Assembly (NCBI GenBank): GCA_038249605.1 | Contig: JBBSDH010000001.1 | Coordinates: 1-48,727 of the forward strand | From: Chitinophagales bacterium | Lineage (GTDB): Bacteria > Bacteroidota > Bacteroidia > Chitinophagales > Saprospiraceae | Reading direction: 5' to 3' | DNA: 48,727 nucleotides | Shown here: piece by piece, positions 1 through 9,862 of the stretch | Position numbering within the stretch: position 1 is the first letter of the stretch | Layout: each line of letters begins with the position of its first letter | The notes under the pieces: model-generated | Databases searched by the model: none | What the model was told of the DNA's origin: nothing | Seen by the model: the letters and a program-made list of their open reading frames with translations, nothing else | Program-made: the position numbers and the translations under genes

Positions 1-190
1 AACTATGGTTGTTCGTCAACTCCCCCTATAGGCTCTATTGCGTGAAAACCCGCTTTGTCGCCCATATCCCTGCACCCGCCAGTTGCGTAAAACCAGCCGG
101 ATAGGTTGGCTTTACGCAACTCCCCGATCCCATTGGCGCACCCGCCAGTTGCGTGAAACCAACCAATCCGGCTGGATTCACGCAATGAGA
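1..190. repeat. Tandem array of hairpin-forming intergenic repeat units (period about 66 nt, at least 2 good units plus degenerate copies; truncated by the window start)
   Basis: GCACCCGCCAGTTGCGT(A/G)AAACCA occurs at 72-95 and 138-161. Each unit folds on itself: 83-98 pairs with 104-119, and 149-164 pairs with 170-185. An A->G change in one arm is matched by T->C in the partner arm. CAACTCCCC recurs at 18-26 and 117-125. The overlapping track ORFs translate to repetitive nonsense. Confidence 0.7.
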
Positions 191-292
191 AGGCTGACAT
201 ACAAGGGGAAATATTTGGTTCATGTGGTACTGGCTTGAGTAAGTAAATATAAAGCACAATTTCAAATTTTCCCAATCTTTTTTTGTTACACA

Positions 293-361
293 AGCGAAGC
301 ATGGGACCCAAAAATCCCCATCCCTTTTGTCATCCCAGCGAAGTATGGGGCCCCAAAATCC
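293..361. repeat. Two direct copies of AGCGAAG(C/T)ATGGG..CCCAAAA(A)TCC flanking a TTGTCATCCC motif, downstream of acs
   Basis: Copy 1 is at 293-317 and copy 2 at 337-361. TTGTCATCCC lies at 327-336, and the same decamer recurs at 34156-34165. Confidence 0.6.
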
Positions 362-364
362 TGG

Positions 365-2266
365 TTAAGACGACCTGCCTTCCCTGATCTCATCCACCAC
401 TTCGGGATTGAGCAGCGTGGTGGTATCGCCGAGGTTGCTGGTGTCGCCTTCCGCGATTTTGCGCAAAATGCGGCGCATGATTTTACCCGATCGGGTTTTG
501 GGCAATCCGGGCACGATTTGTACCACATCGGGTTTGGCGATGGGGCCAATTTCCCTGGTTACCGTATCGAGTACAGCTTTTTTGAAGGCGGCCACATCGG
601 CGATGGGCACAGAAGTAATGACGTAGGCGTAAATGCCCTGCCCTTTGATGTCGTGCGGGAAACCCACCACGGCCGATTCGACCACCATGGGCGCCTTGTT
701 GATGGCGTCTTCCACTTCGGCAGTACCGATGCGGTGGCCCGAAACGTTGATCACGTCGTCTACGCGACCGATGATGCGGTAGTAACCGTCGGCATCGCGG
801 CGGGCGCCGTCGCCGGTGAAATACTTGTCTTTAAAGGTCGCAAAATACGTCTGGCGGCAGCGCTCATGGTCGCCATAGGTGGTGCGGATGATGGCCGGCC
901 ACGGAAATTTGATGCAAAGCATGCCTTCCACGTTGTTGCCCTGTATCTCGCGGCCATTGGCATCAACAAGGCATGGCTGTACGCCCGGCAAAGGCAAGGT
1001 TGCCAAACAAGGTTTGAGGGGCGTGATGCCAGCGAGCGGACTGATCATCATGCCGCCAGTTTCGGTCTGCCACCAGGTATCCACGATGGGACAGCGTTTT
1101 TTGCCTATTTTTTCATTGTACCAGTGCCATGCCTCGTCGTTGATGGGCTCACCTACCGTTCCGAGGATGCGCAAACTGGGCATGCGCCGTCCTTTGACCC
1201 ACTGGTCGCCGGCGGCCATAAGTGCGCGGATGGCGGTGGGAGCGGTGTAAAATATGCTCACTTTGTGACGCTGGATAACATCCCAGAAACGGCCGGCATC
1301 GGGGTACGTGGGAATGCCTTCAAACATGAGTGCCGTGGCGCCAGCCAGCAGCGGACCGTAAATGATGTAGGAGTGGCCGGTAATCCAGCCCACGTCGGCC
1401 GTGCACCAATACACGTCGCCTTCCTGAATCTGGAAAACGTTGCGGAACGTGTATTCGCAGTACACCATGTAACCGCCCTGCGTATGCACCACCCCTTTGG
1501 GTTTGCCCGTAGAACCGGAGGTGTAAAGGATAAACAACTCGTCCTCGCTGTCCACCGCCGTGGCTTTGCAGCTTTTGCGTTTGCCATGCACCACTTCGTG
1601 CCACCACAAATCGCGGCCTTCTGTCATTTTCAGGGCGTCGCCGGTATTTTGGTGAACAATCACGTTTCTTACCGATTCGCAGCCCATGTCCAAAGCTTCG
1701 TCGATGACCTGTTTGACGGGGATGTTTTTGGGACCGCGCGAGTTGTAATCGGAGGTAATAACCACCGAGCATTGGGCGTCTTTGATGCGGTCGGCCACCG
1801 ATATGGCGCTGAAACCAGCAAAAACCACCGAGTGAATGGCGCCGATGCGCGCACAGGCGAGCATGGCAATGCTCAATTCGGGCGTCATGGGCATGTAAAT
1901 GCATACACGATCACCTTTTTTGACACCCTGGGCCTTCAGGGCGTTTGCGAACTGGCAAACCAGTCCGTGAAGTTGTTTGTAGGTGATTTTTCGGGCCTTT
2001 CGTTTCGGGTCGTTGGGTTCCCAGATCATGGCAACTTGTTTGCCACGGGTGGCCAGGTGCCTGTCGAGACAGTTTTCGGTGATGTTCAGTTTTCCACCTA
2101 CGAACCATTTGATGCGTGGTTCGCGGAAATTCCAGCGGAGTGTTTCGCGCCAGGGTTTGCGCCATAAAAACGTACGCGCCTGCTCATCCCAAAAAGCTTC
2201 GGGATTGGCAACCGATTGGGCGTATACTTCATGGTATTCTTCCAGTGAATGTATTTGTGAAGTCAT
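365..2266 (-). CDS. acs: Acetyl-CoA synthetase (AMP-forming)
   Basis: The 657-aa ORF carries hallmark Acs blocks (YTSGSTGKPKG, WWQTETGG, GRVDDVINVSGHR, PKTRSGKIMRR). The start was trimmed to ATG 2266 (MTSQIHSLEEY), matching the usual Acs N-terminus. Confidence 0.95.
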   Translation of the reverse strand: MTSQIHSLEEYHEVYAQSVANPEAFWDEQARTFLWRKPWRETLRWNFREPRIKWFVGGKLNITENCLDRHLATRGKQVAMIWEPNDPKRKARKITYKQLHGLVCQFANALKAQGVKKGDRVCIYMPMTPELSIAMLACARIGAIHSVVFAGFSAISVADRIKDAQCSVVITSDYNSRGPKNIPVKQVIDEALDMGCESVRNVIVHQNTGDALKMTEGRDLWWHEVVHGKRKSCKATAVDSEDELFILYTSGSTGKPKGVVHTQGGYMVYCEYTFRNVFQIQEGDVYWCTADVGWITGHSYIIYGPLLAGATALMFEGIPTYPDAGRFWDVIQRHKVSIFYTAPTAIRALMAAGDQWVKGRRMPSLRILGTVGEPINDEAWHWYNEKIGKKRCPIVDTWWQTETGGMMISPLAGITPLKPCLATLPLPGVQPCLVDANGREIQGNNVEGMLCIKFPWPAIIRTTYGDHERCRQTYFATFKDKYFTGDGARRDADGYYRIIGRVDDVINVSGHRIGTAEVEDAINKAPMVVESAVVGFPHDIKGQGIYAYVITSVPIADVAAFKKAVLDTVTREIGPIAKPDVVQIVPGLPKTRSGKIMRRILRKIAEGDTSNLGDTTTLLNPEVVDEIREGRSS

Positions 2267-2426
2267 TTTGTAAGGATAAAATGGTTCAAAAGGCAGTGTT
2301 GCATGCTTCAAAAAAGGTGAACTACGGGTACATTGCAAGCGCCTGGAGTTTTAAAACCGTGTTTTGCCCAGCTTCAGAAACAAATACATACACTTCTATA
2401 TGTTTAAATGTATTTTTAACAAAAAA

Positions 2427-2434
2427 TAATTTTG
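2427..2434 (+). promoter_or_regulatory. Bacteroidota-type -7 promoter box (TAATTTTG, consensus TAnnTTTG)
   Basis: Matches TAnnTTTG 96 nt upstream of the ATG at 2530. Confidence 0.35.
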
Positions 2435-2529
2435 CGGGGATGGTTGGTTGGTGATTTCCTGTTTCACAAAGTTTGCGTTTGAAGGATTAAAAGTAGGTGT
2501 TTTTCAAAGGTCATGTAACTTTGCGTTGT

Positions 2530-3927
2530 ATGAAAAATTACCTTGGACAAACAGTGGCGCTCGCTTTGATTGTAACGGTCATGCTCATCGCTCTGGGATT
2601 TCTCCCTTCCGGTCTCCGCATCGGCGGTCGTACCCTGCGTGCCATGGATATTTTGTCCGACATACGCTCGGAAGCCATGCCCGCAGAGGATGTTTCCCCT
2701 GCTCAGGACACCTTGTTGATTCAACTGCCCGATAACCTCAAAGCTACATTGGTTGAAATACCGGCCATTGATTCGATCGACATGGGCGTTTTGTTTGAAG
2801 ACTACTCTCCTGGACAAACAAGGCTACAGGCATTTTTTGCAGCCATCGACTCCATCACTTCGCGTAAAAACACCGTGCGTGTGGCCTTTTTCGGCGATTC
2901 GTTTGTTGAAGGCGACATCATTCTCAGCAACCTGCGCGACACGTTGCAAACCCGCTGGGGAGGTGAAGGGGTAGGTTTTGTGCCCATCACATCTGAAGTG
3001 GCGCGTTTCAGGCGTTCTTTGCAGCATACGTACAGCAACTGGAAAACACACAGCATCGTTAAGCGCAACGGCGGCAATCCACCCTACGGCATCAACGGTT
3101 TTGTGTATTACCCCAGGAATGAGGCCGCTATCCGGTACGAAGGCACTTCACAGTTCAGGCACACAGGACAATGGTCGAAACTGCGCCTTTTTTACAGCCA
3201 TGCCTCCGACAGCGGAATGGTCTTTCAGGTGAATGGCGGCACATGGCGCCCTGAACCACTTCTCGGTTCCGACAACAAAATTTCCGTTTTTGAATACCAT
3301 CAACAAAGCATTCGAAGCGTCGCATTTCGGTTTCCGTACACCGACAGTCTTCCGGTGTACGGCGTTAGCCTGGAAAACGGGCCAGGTTTTTACCTTGATA
3401 ATTTTGCCATTAGAGGCAACACCGGAGGTGCGCTCAAATTCATACAGCCATCCACTGCAAAAGCATTCGATGAATTGATGGGTTACGATCTCATTGTACT
3501 TCAGGTAGGACTCAATGCTGTGACCAATTCTTTGAACAACATCCAATGGTACCGTGTGGAGCTGGAACGAACGGTAAAACATCTTAAAACTTGTTTCCCC
3601 GGACGCCCCATACTTATGATCAGTGTGGGCGACCGCGGCGGGAAGGTTGGTGAGGAACTCGGCACCATGATCAGCGTGCCGGCCATCGTCAACATGCAGC
3701 GCGAAGTGGCACGTGCCAATGGAATGTTGTTTTTTGATCTGTTCAGAAACATGGGCGGAGAAGGTACGATGGTGCGTTTTGCTTCGGAAAAACCTGCACT
3801 GGCCGAAAAAGATTTTACCCACCTGACGCATGCTGGTGGCAAAGTGATGGGGCACCGGCTTGCGACGGTTTTTTTGAAGGAATACAGCCGCCATCAAACC
3901 GGAAAATCGGCCCTTCCACTTCAATAA
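2530..3927 (+). CDS. SGNH/GDSL-family hydrolase with an N-terminal membrane anchor
   Basis: Block I is FFGDSFVEGD and block V is DFTHLTH (DxxH). An N-terminal hydrophobic helix (ALALIVTVMLIALGF) is present. The start was moved to ATG 2530. Confidence 0.7.
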   Translation: MKNYLGQTVALALIVTVMLIALGFLPSGLRIGGRTLRAMDILSDIRSEAMPAEDVSPAQDTLLIQLPDNLKATLVEIPAIDSIDMGVLFEDYSPGQTRLQAFFAAIDSITSRKNTVRVAFFGDSFVEGDIILSNLRDTLQTRWGGEGVGFVPITSEVARFRRSLQHTYSNWKTHSIVKRNGGNPPYGINGFVYYPRNEAAIRYEGTSQFRHTGQWSKLRLFYSHASDSGMVFQVNGGTWRPEPLLGSDNKISVFEYHQQSIRSVAFRFPYTDSLPVYGVSLENGPGFYLDNFAIRGNTGGALKFIQPSTAKAFDELMGYDLIVLQVGLNAVTNSLNNIQWYRVELERTVKHLKTCFPGRPILMISVGDRGGKVGEELGTMISVPAIVNMQREVARANGMLFFDLFRNMGGEGTMVRFASEKPALAEKDFTHLTHAGGKVMGHRLATVFLKEYSRHQTGKSALPLQ

Positions 3928-4008
3928 GTCGTTTTCTTCGCCCCGACCAACCACATTGTCCCCATTTCCATTTTCTTTGCATTGTTTGTACGTTTTTAAA
4001 ATTAATGC

Positions 4009-5292
4009 ATGTTTTACTTATCGACCAACATACCGCGGATAAACCTGTGGCGGTGGCTGCTTTGCGCAGTCTGCAGCCTCTTGTTTATCGGTCGCTGCCA
4101 ATCGCAGTTCAGGCCGCCGCAGGTCGATATTACCGAACGCGACACGGTGGGTTATGCCTTTTTAAACCAGGACAGCACCGTACTGCTCAACGACCGCGTG
4201 CTTGCTTCCGTTTTTGAAAAAATGTACCGGCAACGTGTTCAGGGTGGGCAAAAAATAACCATCGTTCACCTTGGCGACTCTCATGTTTTGGGGAATTTCC
4301 TTACGGCAGAAGTACGCGAACGGTTGCAAATCGCTTTCGGCGAAGCCGGGCGCGGACTTGTTTTTCCCTACAAACTCGCAGGATCCAACGGTCCGCGCGA
4401 TTACCAGTTCGCAAGCGAATCCAAATGGCAAAGCGGCAATTGCCACAAAGACCTGAGTCCCGAAACACCTTTCGGTATTTCCGGTTTTTTACTGGAAAGT
4501 GCAGCATCCACTGCAAAACTTACGATTCGCCTGAAGGATACCACCACTGCAGAAACGCGTCTTTTTACGAAGGTGACCGTGTTCCAGCGGGCTTCACCAG
4601 CCCAATACCAATTGGAGGTTCGCGATGATGTGAGCGGGCAAATCGCACAGTCATTCGACAACAACGAATACGCCCGTTGTTTTTATTTCAACAAACCCGT
4701 AGAACAGGCCATACTCTCCGCGCGCCGCACCTCTCCCGACCAGAAAAAACTGAGCATCGACGGCGTTTCTTTGGAAAACGAATTGTCAGGCGTGGTTTAC
4801 CACAACATTGGCATCAACGGCGCCCGGTTCACCGACTTTTTGCGTGCAAAATATTTTACCACCCAACTGGGCGAGCTCAATCCAGACTTGGTGATCTTGT
4901 CTTTCGGCACCAACGAAGCCCAGGGCAAAACCGAAGAACGCTACCTGTACAAACAACTTAACCAACTGATCATCCGTATCCGGGAAGTAGCGCCGAATGC
5001 ACAAATCATGTTTACCACGCCTGCCGATTCGTACCTGCGCGGCAAAGGATTCAATCCCTACATGGCATCTACAAGCCAGGTCATTAAAACATACGCTCTG
5101 GAAAACAACTGCGCGGTCTGGGACCTGTTTACCCAATCGGGTGGAGAAAAATCGGCTGAAATGTGGAAAAAAAGCGGTCTGATGTCGCACGACTCGGTCC
5201 ATTATTCCATCAACGGTTATGCTGCTCAGGGTAAATTGTTGTACCAGTCCCTGATCAAAAGTTACAACGCATTTGTCACCAACCGTCCATAA
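4009..5292 (+). CDS. SGNH/GDSL-family hydrolase (paralogous in type to the upstream gene)
   Basis: Motifs IVHLGDSHV, SFGTNEA and HDSVHYS (DxxH) are present, with an N-terminal signal/anchor (WRWLLCAVCSLLFIG). Confidence 0.7.
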   Translation: MFYLSTNIPRINLWRWLLCAVCSLLFIGRCQSQFRPPQVDITERDTVGYAFLNQDSTVLLNDRVLASVFEKMYRQRVQGGQKITIVHLGDSHVLGNFLTAEVRERLQIAFGEAGRGLVFPYKLAGSNGPRDYQFASESKWQSGNCHKDLSPETPFGISGFLLESAASTAKLTIRLKDTTTAETRLFTKVTVFQRASPAQYQLEVRDDVSGQIAQSFDNNEYARCFYFNKPVEQAILSARRTSPDQKKLSIDGVSLENELSGVVYHNIGINGARFTDFLRAKYFTTQLGELNPDLVILSFGTNEAQGKTEERYLYKQLNQLIIRIREVAPNAQIMFTTPADSYLRGKGFNPYMASTSQVIKTYALENNCAVWDLFTQSGGEKSAEMWKKSGLMSHDSVHYSINGYAAQGKLLYQSLIKSYNAFVTNRP

Positions 5293-5300
5293 AATTTGCC

Positions 5301-6035
5301 ATGAAACGTTCCTTGTTTTCTCTTTTTTGCCTGATCCTTTTTTCGTCGACTTTGCCGGCACAAATCACCGACCCAAAGGCAACTGAAGTATGGGAACCTC
5401 AACCCCGTGTGGTAACGCCGGGTGAGGGTACCAAACCGCCTTCCGATGCCGCCATTCTTTTTGACGGCGCCAACCTCGATGCTTTTAAAAATTACAAAGA
5501 CGGCGGCAAAGCACCGTGGGATGTGGCCGACGGTGCCATGACCGTGAAACCCAAATCCGGCGACATCGTGACCAAAGTCGAATTCGGCGATTTTCAGTTG
5601 CATCTGGAATTTCGCACACCTGTAGTGGTCAAAGGCGAAGGTCAAGGACGCGGCAACAGCGGTATTTTTCTGCAGGACCGCTATGAAATTCAGGTGCTGG
5701 ACAATTTCGAAAACAAAACCTACGCCAACGGACAGTTGGGCGCCATTTACAAACAAACCATCCCACTTGCCAACCCGGCCCGCAAACCCGGTGAATGGCA
5801 GACTTACGACATCATCTTCACCGCTCCCAGGTTCAACAACGAAGGTATTCTGACAGCCCCGGCCCGTATAACGGCCCTGATCAACGGTGTTTTGATACAA
5901 CTCAACACCGAAATCAAAGGATCAACCGAATACATTGGTTTGCCATCCTACAAAGCGCACTTCAAAGGCCCCATCCGACTGCAAGACCACGGCGACCTGG
6001 TGAGCTTCCGCAACATCTGGGTTAGGGAACTGTAA
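5301..6035 (+). CDS. DUF1080 (3-keto-disaccharide hydrolase-like) secreted protein
   Basis: A signal peptide is present. Characteristic blocks are LHLEFR, GNSGIFLQDRYEIQVLD, GAIY, PGEWQTYDI and LQDHGDLVSFRNIWVREL at the C-terminus. Confidence 0.8.
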   Translation: MKRSLFSLFCLILFSSTLPAQITDPKATEVWEPQPRVVTPGEGTKPPSDAAILFDGANLDAFKNYKDGGKAPWDVADGAMTVKPKSGDIVTKVEFGDFQLHLEFRTPVVVKGEGQGRGNSGIFLQDRYEIQVLDNFENKTYANGQLGAIYKQTIPLANPARKPGEWQTYDIIFTAPRFNNEGILTAPARITALINGVLIQLNTEIKGSTEYIGLPSYKAHFKGPIRLQDHGDLVSFRNIWVREL

Positions 6036-6161
6036 ATTAGCGGGCAGCGGACTTGAATAAAAATCTGACATTCTTAATTGAACAGCCTCATTCCTTTTTT
6101 TGCTGCCTGCTGCCAGCTGGTTGCTCATCCATAAAAATACTGCCTCCTGCCTGCTTAAGAC

Positions 6162-6169
6162 TATCTTTG
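6162..6169 (+). promoter_or_regulatory. -7 promoter box TATCTTTG
   Basis: Matches TAnnTTTG only 5 nt before ATG 6175. This would imply a leaderless or very short-leader mRNA, or else a chance match. Confidence 0.25.
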
Positions 6170-6174
6170 TTGCG

Positions 6175-8370
6175 ATGTTGTTCGAGAATTTCCCTTTTTA
6201 CAAACAGCACGACGCTTCGGACTGTGGTGTTTCCTGTCTGCGCATGGTTGCGCGGAGTTACGGGCGACATTATTCTCTTGAGTATTTGCGTGAAACGGCA
6301 TACCTCGACCGTGAGGGTGTGTCGTTGATGGGCATATCCGATGCTGCCGAAAAAATAGGCATGCGGTCGCTGGGGGTAAAGGTGGGATTTGGCAGGATGA
6401 AAAAAGACATTCCCTTGCCTTGCATCGCACACTGGCGGCAAAACCACTTTGTGGTGGTGTACCGCATTGCCAACAACAAAGTGTACATAGCCGACCCTGC
6501 GGTGGGCAAATTGCGACTTTCCGAACAACAATTCCTTGAAGGCTGGATCAGCGACGTGGTGAATGCCGAACCACAGGGCATCTTGTTGCTGCTGGAAACG
6601 ATGCCTGAGTTTTACAACCGCGACGGTGAAAAAACCGATCGGGCAGGGTTCAACTTCCTGTGGTCTTATGTGGCCCGGTACAAACGCCTTTTGTGGCAGT
6701 TGTTTTTTGGTTTGCTGCTTGGCAGCGCCATCCAATTGGTGTTCCCATTTTTGATGCAGGCATTGGTGGACAAAGGCGTTCAGCTCGGCGACCTCAATTT
6801 TGTTTACCTCATTCTTGGCGCTCAGGCCATGCTTTTTTTGAGCCAGGTTGCCGTGGAATTCATTCGGGGATGGATCCTGTTGCACATCGGGGCGCGGATC
6901 AACATCAATTTGGTGTCGGACTTCCTCATCAAGCTCATGCGCCTGCCCATGGCGTTTTTTGATACCAAAATGACGGGCGATTTGTTGCAACGCATTTACG
7001 ACAACGAACGTGTGGAGCGTTTCCTCACGTCCAATTCGCTGATTACGCTGTTTTCCATCGTCAACCTTGTCGTTTTCGGCATCGTCCTGCTTTTTTACAA
7101 CATCCTCATTTTTGCCATCTACTTTTTGGCCGCAGGCCTTTATTTCGGTTGGATCGCTTTGTTCATGCAACGCCGACGTGTGCTCGACAACCGCAGGTTT
7201 GAACAAATGGCCGAAAACCAGAACACCCTAATACAACTCGTAAACGGCATGCAGGAGATCAAACTGCACAATGCCGAACGCCAGAAACGCTGGGCCTGGG
7301 AACGTATACAAGCCAAACTGTTCCGCATCAACGAAAGTTACCTGGCCACCGACCAGCGGCAACGCGCGGGCGCCGCATTCATCAACGAAGCCAAAAACAT
7401 CGTCATTTCGGTCATCGCGGCTAAAGCCGTCATCCAGGGCGACATGACCCTCGGCATGATGCTCGCCGTTCAATACATGATCGGACACATGAACGGTCCG
7501 CTCGAGTCCCTTGTGCAATTCATGCTCGCCGCCCAGGAAGCCAAGATCAGTCTGGAACGCATGAACGAGATCCACCAAAAGCCCGACGAAGAGCCTTCCG
7601 ATTACCCCAAAGTGAATGTTTTGCCTTCAACCGGCGACATGGTGTTTGATAAGCTGTGGTTCCGCTACGGTGGTCCGCACGACCCCTGGGTTTTGAAAAA
7701 CGTAAACGTAGCCTTTCAGGAGGGCAAAACCACGGCCATTGTGGGCACCAGTGGCAGTGGAAAAACCACCATGTTGAAACTGATGCTGAACTTTTACCAG
7801 CCCAACGAAGGTGCCATACGGCTTGGTGATTTGAATTTGGCCAACATCCAAAACAAACTTTGGCGGGAAAACTGCGGTGTGGTGATGCAGGATGGCTTTG
7901 TTTTTTCCGACACCATTGCGCGCAACATTACGCTGGGTGAAGATTACATCGACCGCCGCAGGCTGTTGTACGCCGCCAAAGTAGCCAACATCCAAACTTT
8001 CATCGAATCGTTGCCGCTGGGATACAATACCAAAGTTGGCGCTGAAGGCGTGGGCCTGAGCCAGGGGCAACAACAACGCCTGCTCATCGCAAGGGCGGTG
8101 TATAAAAACCCGGAGTACATCTTTTTCGACGAGGCAACCAATGCCCTCGACGCCTACAACGAACGCGTGATCATGCACAACCTGCAACACGCCTTCCGCA
8201 ACAAAACCGTCATAATAGTTGCACACAGGCTCAGTACGGTGCGCAACGCCGACAACATCATCGTGATAGAAAAAGGCGAAGTGGTGGAACAAGGCAGCCA
8301 TGAGGAGCTGACATTCAAACAAGGCGCTTATTACCATTTGGTCAAAAATCAACTCGAACTCGGCCTGTGA
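6175..8370 (+). CDS. Peptidase C39 domain-containing ABC transporter (bacteriocin/GG-leader peptide exporter type)
   Basis: The N-terminal C39 signature is KQHDASDCGVSCLRMV..HFVVVY. It is followed by a 6-TM ABC membrane domain, Walker A GTSGSGKTT, signature LSQGQQQR and Walker B IFFDEATNALD. The start was trimmed to ATG 6175. Confidence 0.9.
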   Translation: MLFENFPFYKQHDASDCGVSCLRMVARSYGRHYSLEYLRETAYLDREGVSLMGISDAAEKIGMRSLGVKVGFGRMKKDIPLPCIAHWRQNHFVVVYRIANNKVYIADPAVGKLRLSEQQFLEGWISDVVNAEPQGILLLLETMPEFYNRDGEKTDRAGFNFLWSYVARYKRLLWQLFFGLLLGSAIQLVFPFLMQALVDKGVQLGDLNFVYLILGAQAMLFLSQVAVEFIRGWILLHIGARININLVSDFLIKLMRLPMAFFDTKMTGDLLQRIYDNERVERFLTSNSLITLFSIVNLVVFGIVLLFYNILIFAIYFLAAGLYFGWIALFMQRRRVLDNRRFEQMAENQNTLIQLVNGMQEIKLHNAERQKRWAWERIQAKLFRINESYLATDQRQRAGAAFINEAKNIVISVIAAKAVIQGDMTLGMMLAVQYMIGHMNGPLESLVQFMLAAQEAKISLERMNEIHQKPDEEPSDYPKVNVLPSTGDMVFDKLWFRYGGPHDPWVLKNVNVAFQEGKTTAIVGTSGSGKTTMLKLMLNFYQPNEGAIRLGDLNLANIQNKLWRENCGVVMQDGFVFSDTIARNITLGEDYIDRRRLLYAAKVANIQTFIESLPLGYNTKVGAEGVGLSQGQQQRLLIARAVYKNPEYIFFDEATNALDAYNERVIMHNLQHAFRNKTVIIVAHRLSTVRNADNIIVIEKGEVVEQGSHEELTFKQGAYYHLVKNQLELGL

Positions 8371-9695
8371 ACCCAACCATCGATAAAGGCGACAGCAAGG
8401 AAGAACGCGAATACGTTGAGCTGCGCTCCGAAGAAGTACACGAAATCCTGGGTACGCCCCCCGGATGGATGGTGCGTTGGGGTACCATGAGTGTGTTGCT
8501 GTGTTTCATCCTGCTGGTTCTGGTGGGCAGCGCCGTGCGTTACCCCGATGTGATCCCTGCAAAAATTGTGCTCACCACCGCCACGCCTCCCGTGGATGTG
8601 GTAGCCCGCACCAACGGCCATTTGTCGGAACTGCTCGTAAAAGACACCCAGGTGGTGAAACGCAACCAATTGCTGGCCGTTTTGCAAAGTACCGCCGATT
8701 ACGAAGATGTTTTGATGTTGGATGCCCTCGCCATGAGTTGGTCGATGCTCAGCAACACAGATACCTTTGTGCGCATCAAGGCACCTGCAAACCTTGATCT
8801 GGGTGAAGTGCAGAGTGAATACGCCGATTTTGTTCAAAAACTCGATCAATTCAAATTTGGTCAAACCGACAAATCAGCCTCCATCGGCGCCAACGTGAGC
8901 AGCAACAACGCCCAGATCAAAAAACTGGAAAGCAGCATCGTTTTCGACCGCAATGCGCTGTTGCGTACCCGCGACCAGCTTGAGTCGGCCCGTGATTATT
9001 TGCGCAAGCAACAAGAGCTTTTTAATGCAGGCATCATATCTAGGGTGGAACTTGAAAAAGAAAAACAACGTGTTGCCGACCTGGAGCGTCAGATCGAGCA
9101 GTTGGACGATAACATCCTGCGCAAACAAAACGAGATTTTGAGCTTGCGCAAAAACAGCAGTGAAGCGACCTTCAGCGGCAGTGAGAGTAGCAACACTGCC
9201 GAGGCACAACTGCTCAACAGCCTGAATACTTTGCGTGGGAGCATCGACCGCTGGAAACAAAGTTTTCTGTTGCGCGCTCCCATCGAAGGCCGTGTGTCGC
9301 TCAATTCTTCCTTTTACAGCTCGCAGCAATACATCCGCGACGGCGACCAGTTGCTGGCCATTGTGCCTCTTAAAACCGATTCGATCATTGGGCGTGTTAC
9401 GCTTCCGGTTTCCGGAAGCGGCAAAGTTTCGCAGGGACAAAAAGTGATCATCAAGCTCGACAGTTATCCATTTTACGAGTTCGGATCGCTCACTGGAACC
9501 GTTCGCGCCAAATCGCTGGTACCCAAAGACAATGCCTATTTGATTTTTGTAGACCTGCCTAAAGCGCTCGTCACCAACCACAACAGGGTCATTGAGTTTG
9601 AACAGCAGCTGCAGGGCACTGCTGAAATCATCACCAACGACAAGAGCTTTTTGCGCCGGATTTCCGAGCAAATGTTCGCCGGATGGACCAATTGA
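8367..9695 (+). CDS. HlyD-family secretion (membrane fusion) protein
   Basis: A GTG start overlaps the ABC stop (GTGA). The N-terminus LRSEEVHEILGTPPGWMVRWG plus a TM helix is followed by a long coiled-coil and a C-terminal beta-barrel region, as is typical of MFPs paired with C39 exporters. Confidence 0.85.
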   Translation: MNPTIDKGDSKEEREYVELRSEEVHEILGTPPGWMVRWGTMSVLLCFILLVLVGSAVRYPDVIPAKIVLTTATPPVDVVARTNGHLSELLVKDTQVVKRNQLLAVLQSTADYEDVLMLDALAMSWSMLSNTDTFVRIKAPANLDLGEVQSEYADFVQKLDQFKFGQTDKSASIGANVSSNNAQIKKLESSIVFDRNALLRTRDQLESARDYLRKQQELFNAGIISRVELEKEKQRVADLERQIEQLDDNILRKQNEILSLRKNSSEATFSGSESSNTAEAQLLNSLNTLRGSIDRWKQSFLLRAPIEGRVSLNSSFYSSQQYIRDGDQLLAIVPLKTDSIIGRVTLPVSGSGKVSQGQKVIIKLDSYPFYEFGSLTGTVRAKSLVPKDNAYLIFVDLPKALVTNHNRVIEFEQQLQGTAEIITNDKSFLRRISEQMFAGWTN

Positions 9696-9772
9696 GGTGG
9701 CATTAGAAAAACGTTAATACTTGTTTGGTTATCGTTAACAGCAAAAGCCTTTCAGCACAACTTAGACAGACA

Positions 9773-9780
9773 TACTTTTG
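9773..9780 (+). promoter_or_regulatory. -7 promoter box TACTTTTG
   Basis: This exact octamer recurs upstream of five + strand genes in the window (9773, 10655, 15827, 27823, 34245). Here it lies 83 nt before ATG 9863. Confidence 0.45.
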
Positions 9781-9862
9781 TCCCATGCAAATCAAGACGC
9801 TTGTAAAATAGCGTTTTCGAACTTAAAACCATCCTTCTGACTATCCATCAAAAAAAGTATCC

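Noticed and set aside
1-190. Possible CRISPR array, suggested by a repeated ~24-nt head at a 66-nt period
   Set aside because: The sequences between the heads are not unique spacers. They are homologous between units and self-complementary to the heads, so the whole 66-nt unit is the repeat. No cas genes or leader are present. I interpret it as a REP/BIME-like hairpin array.
3-311. Three overlapping 66-102-aa ORFs at the window start
   Set aside because: All of them lie within the tandem hairpin repeats. Their translations are internally repetitive (GWF.ATGGC..) only because the DNA is repeated.
518-2167. 549-aa + strand ORF
   Set aside because: It is an antisense shadow of acs, with a low-complexity Gly/Ala/Val/His-rich translation and no motifs, whereas the acs frame is unambiguous. 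The same reasoning applies to the other long shadows: 6088-7206(-), 7627-8376(-), 8874-9671(-), 16286-16924(-), 20259-21113(+), 21704-22621(+), 22773-23498(-), 24385-25008(-), 26011-26952(-), 39373-40125(-), 43450-44133(-) and 46369-47049(-).
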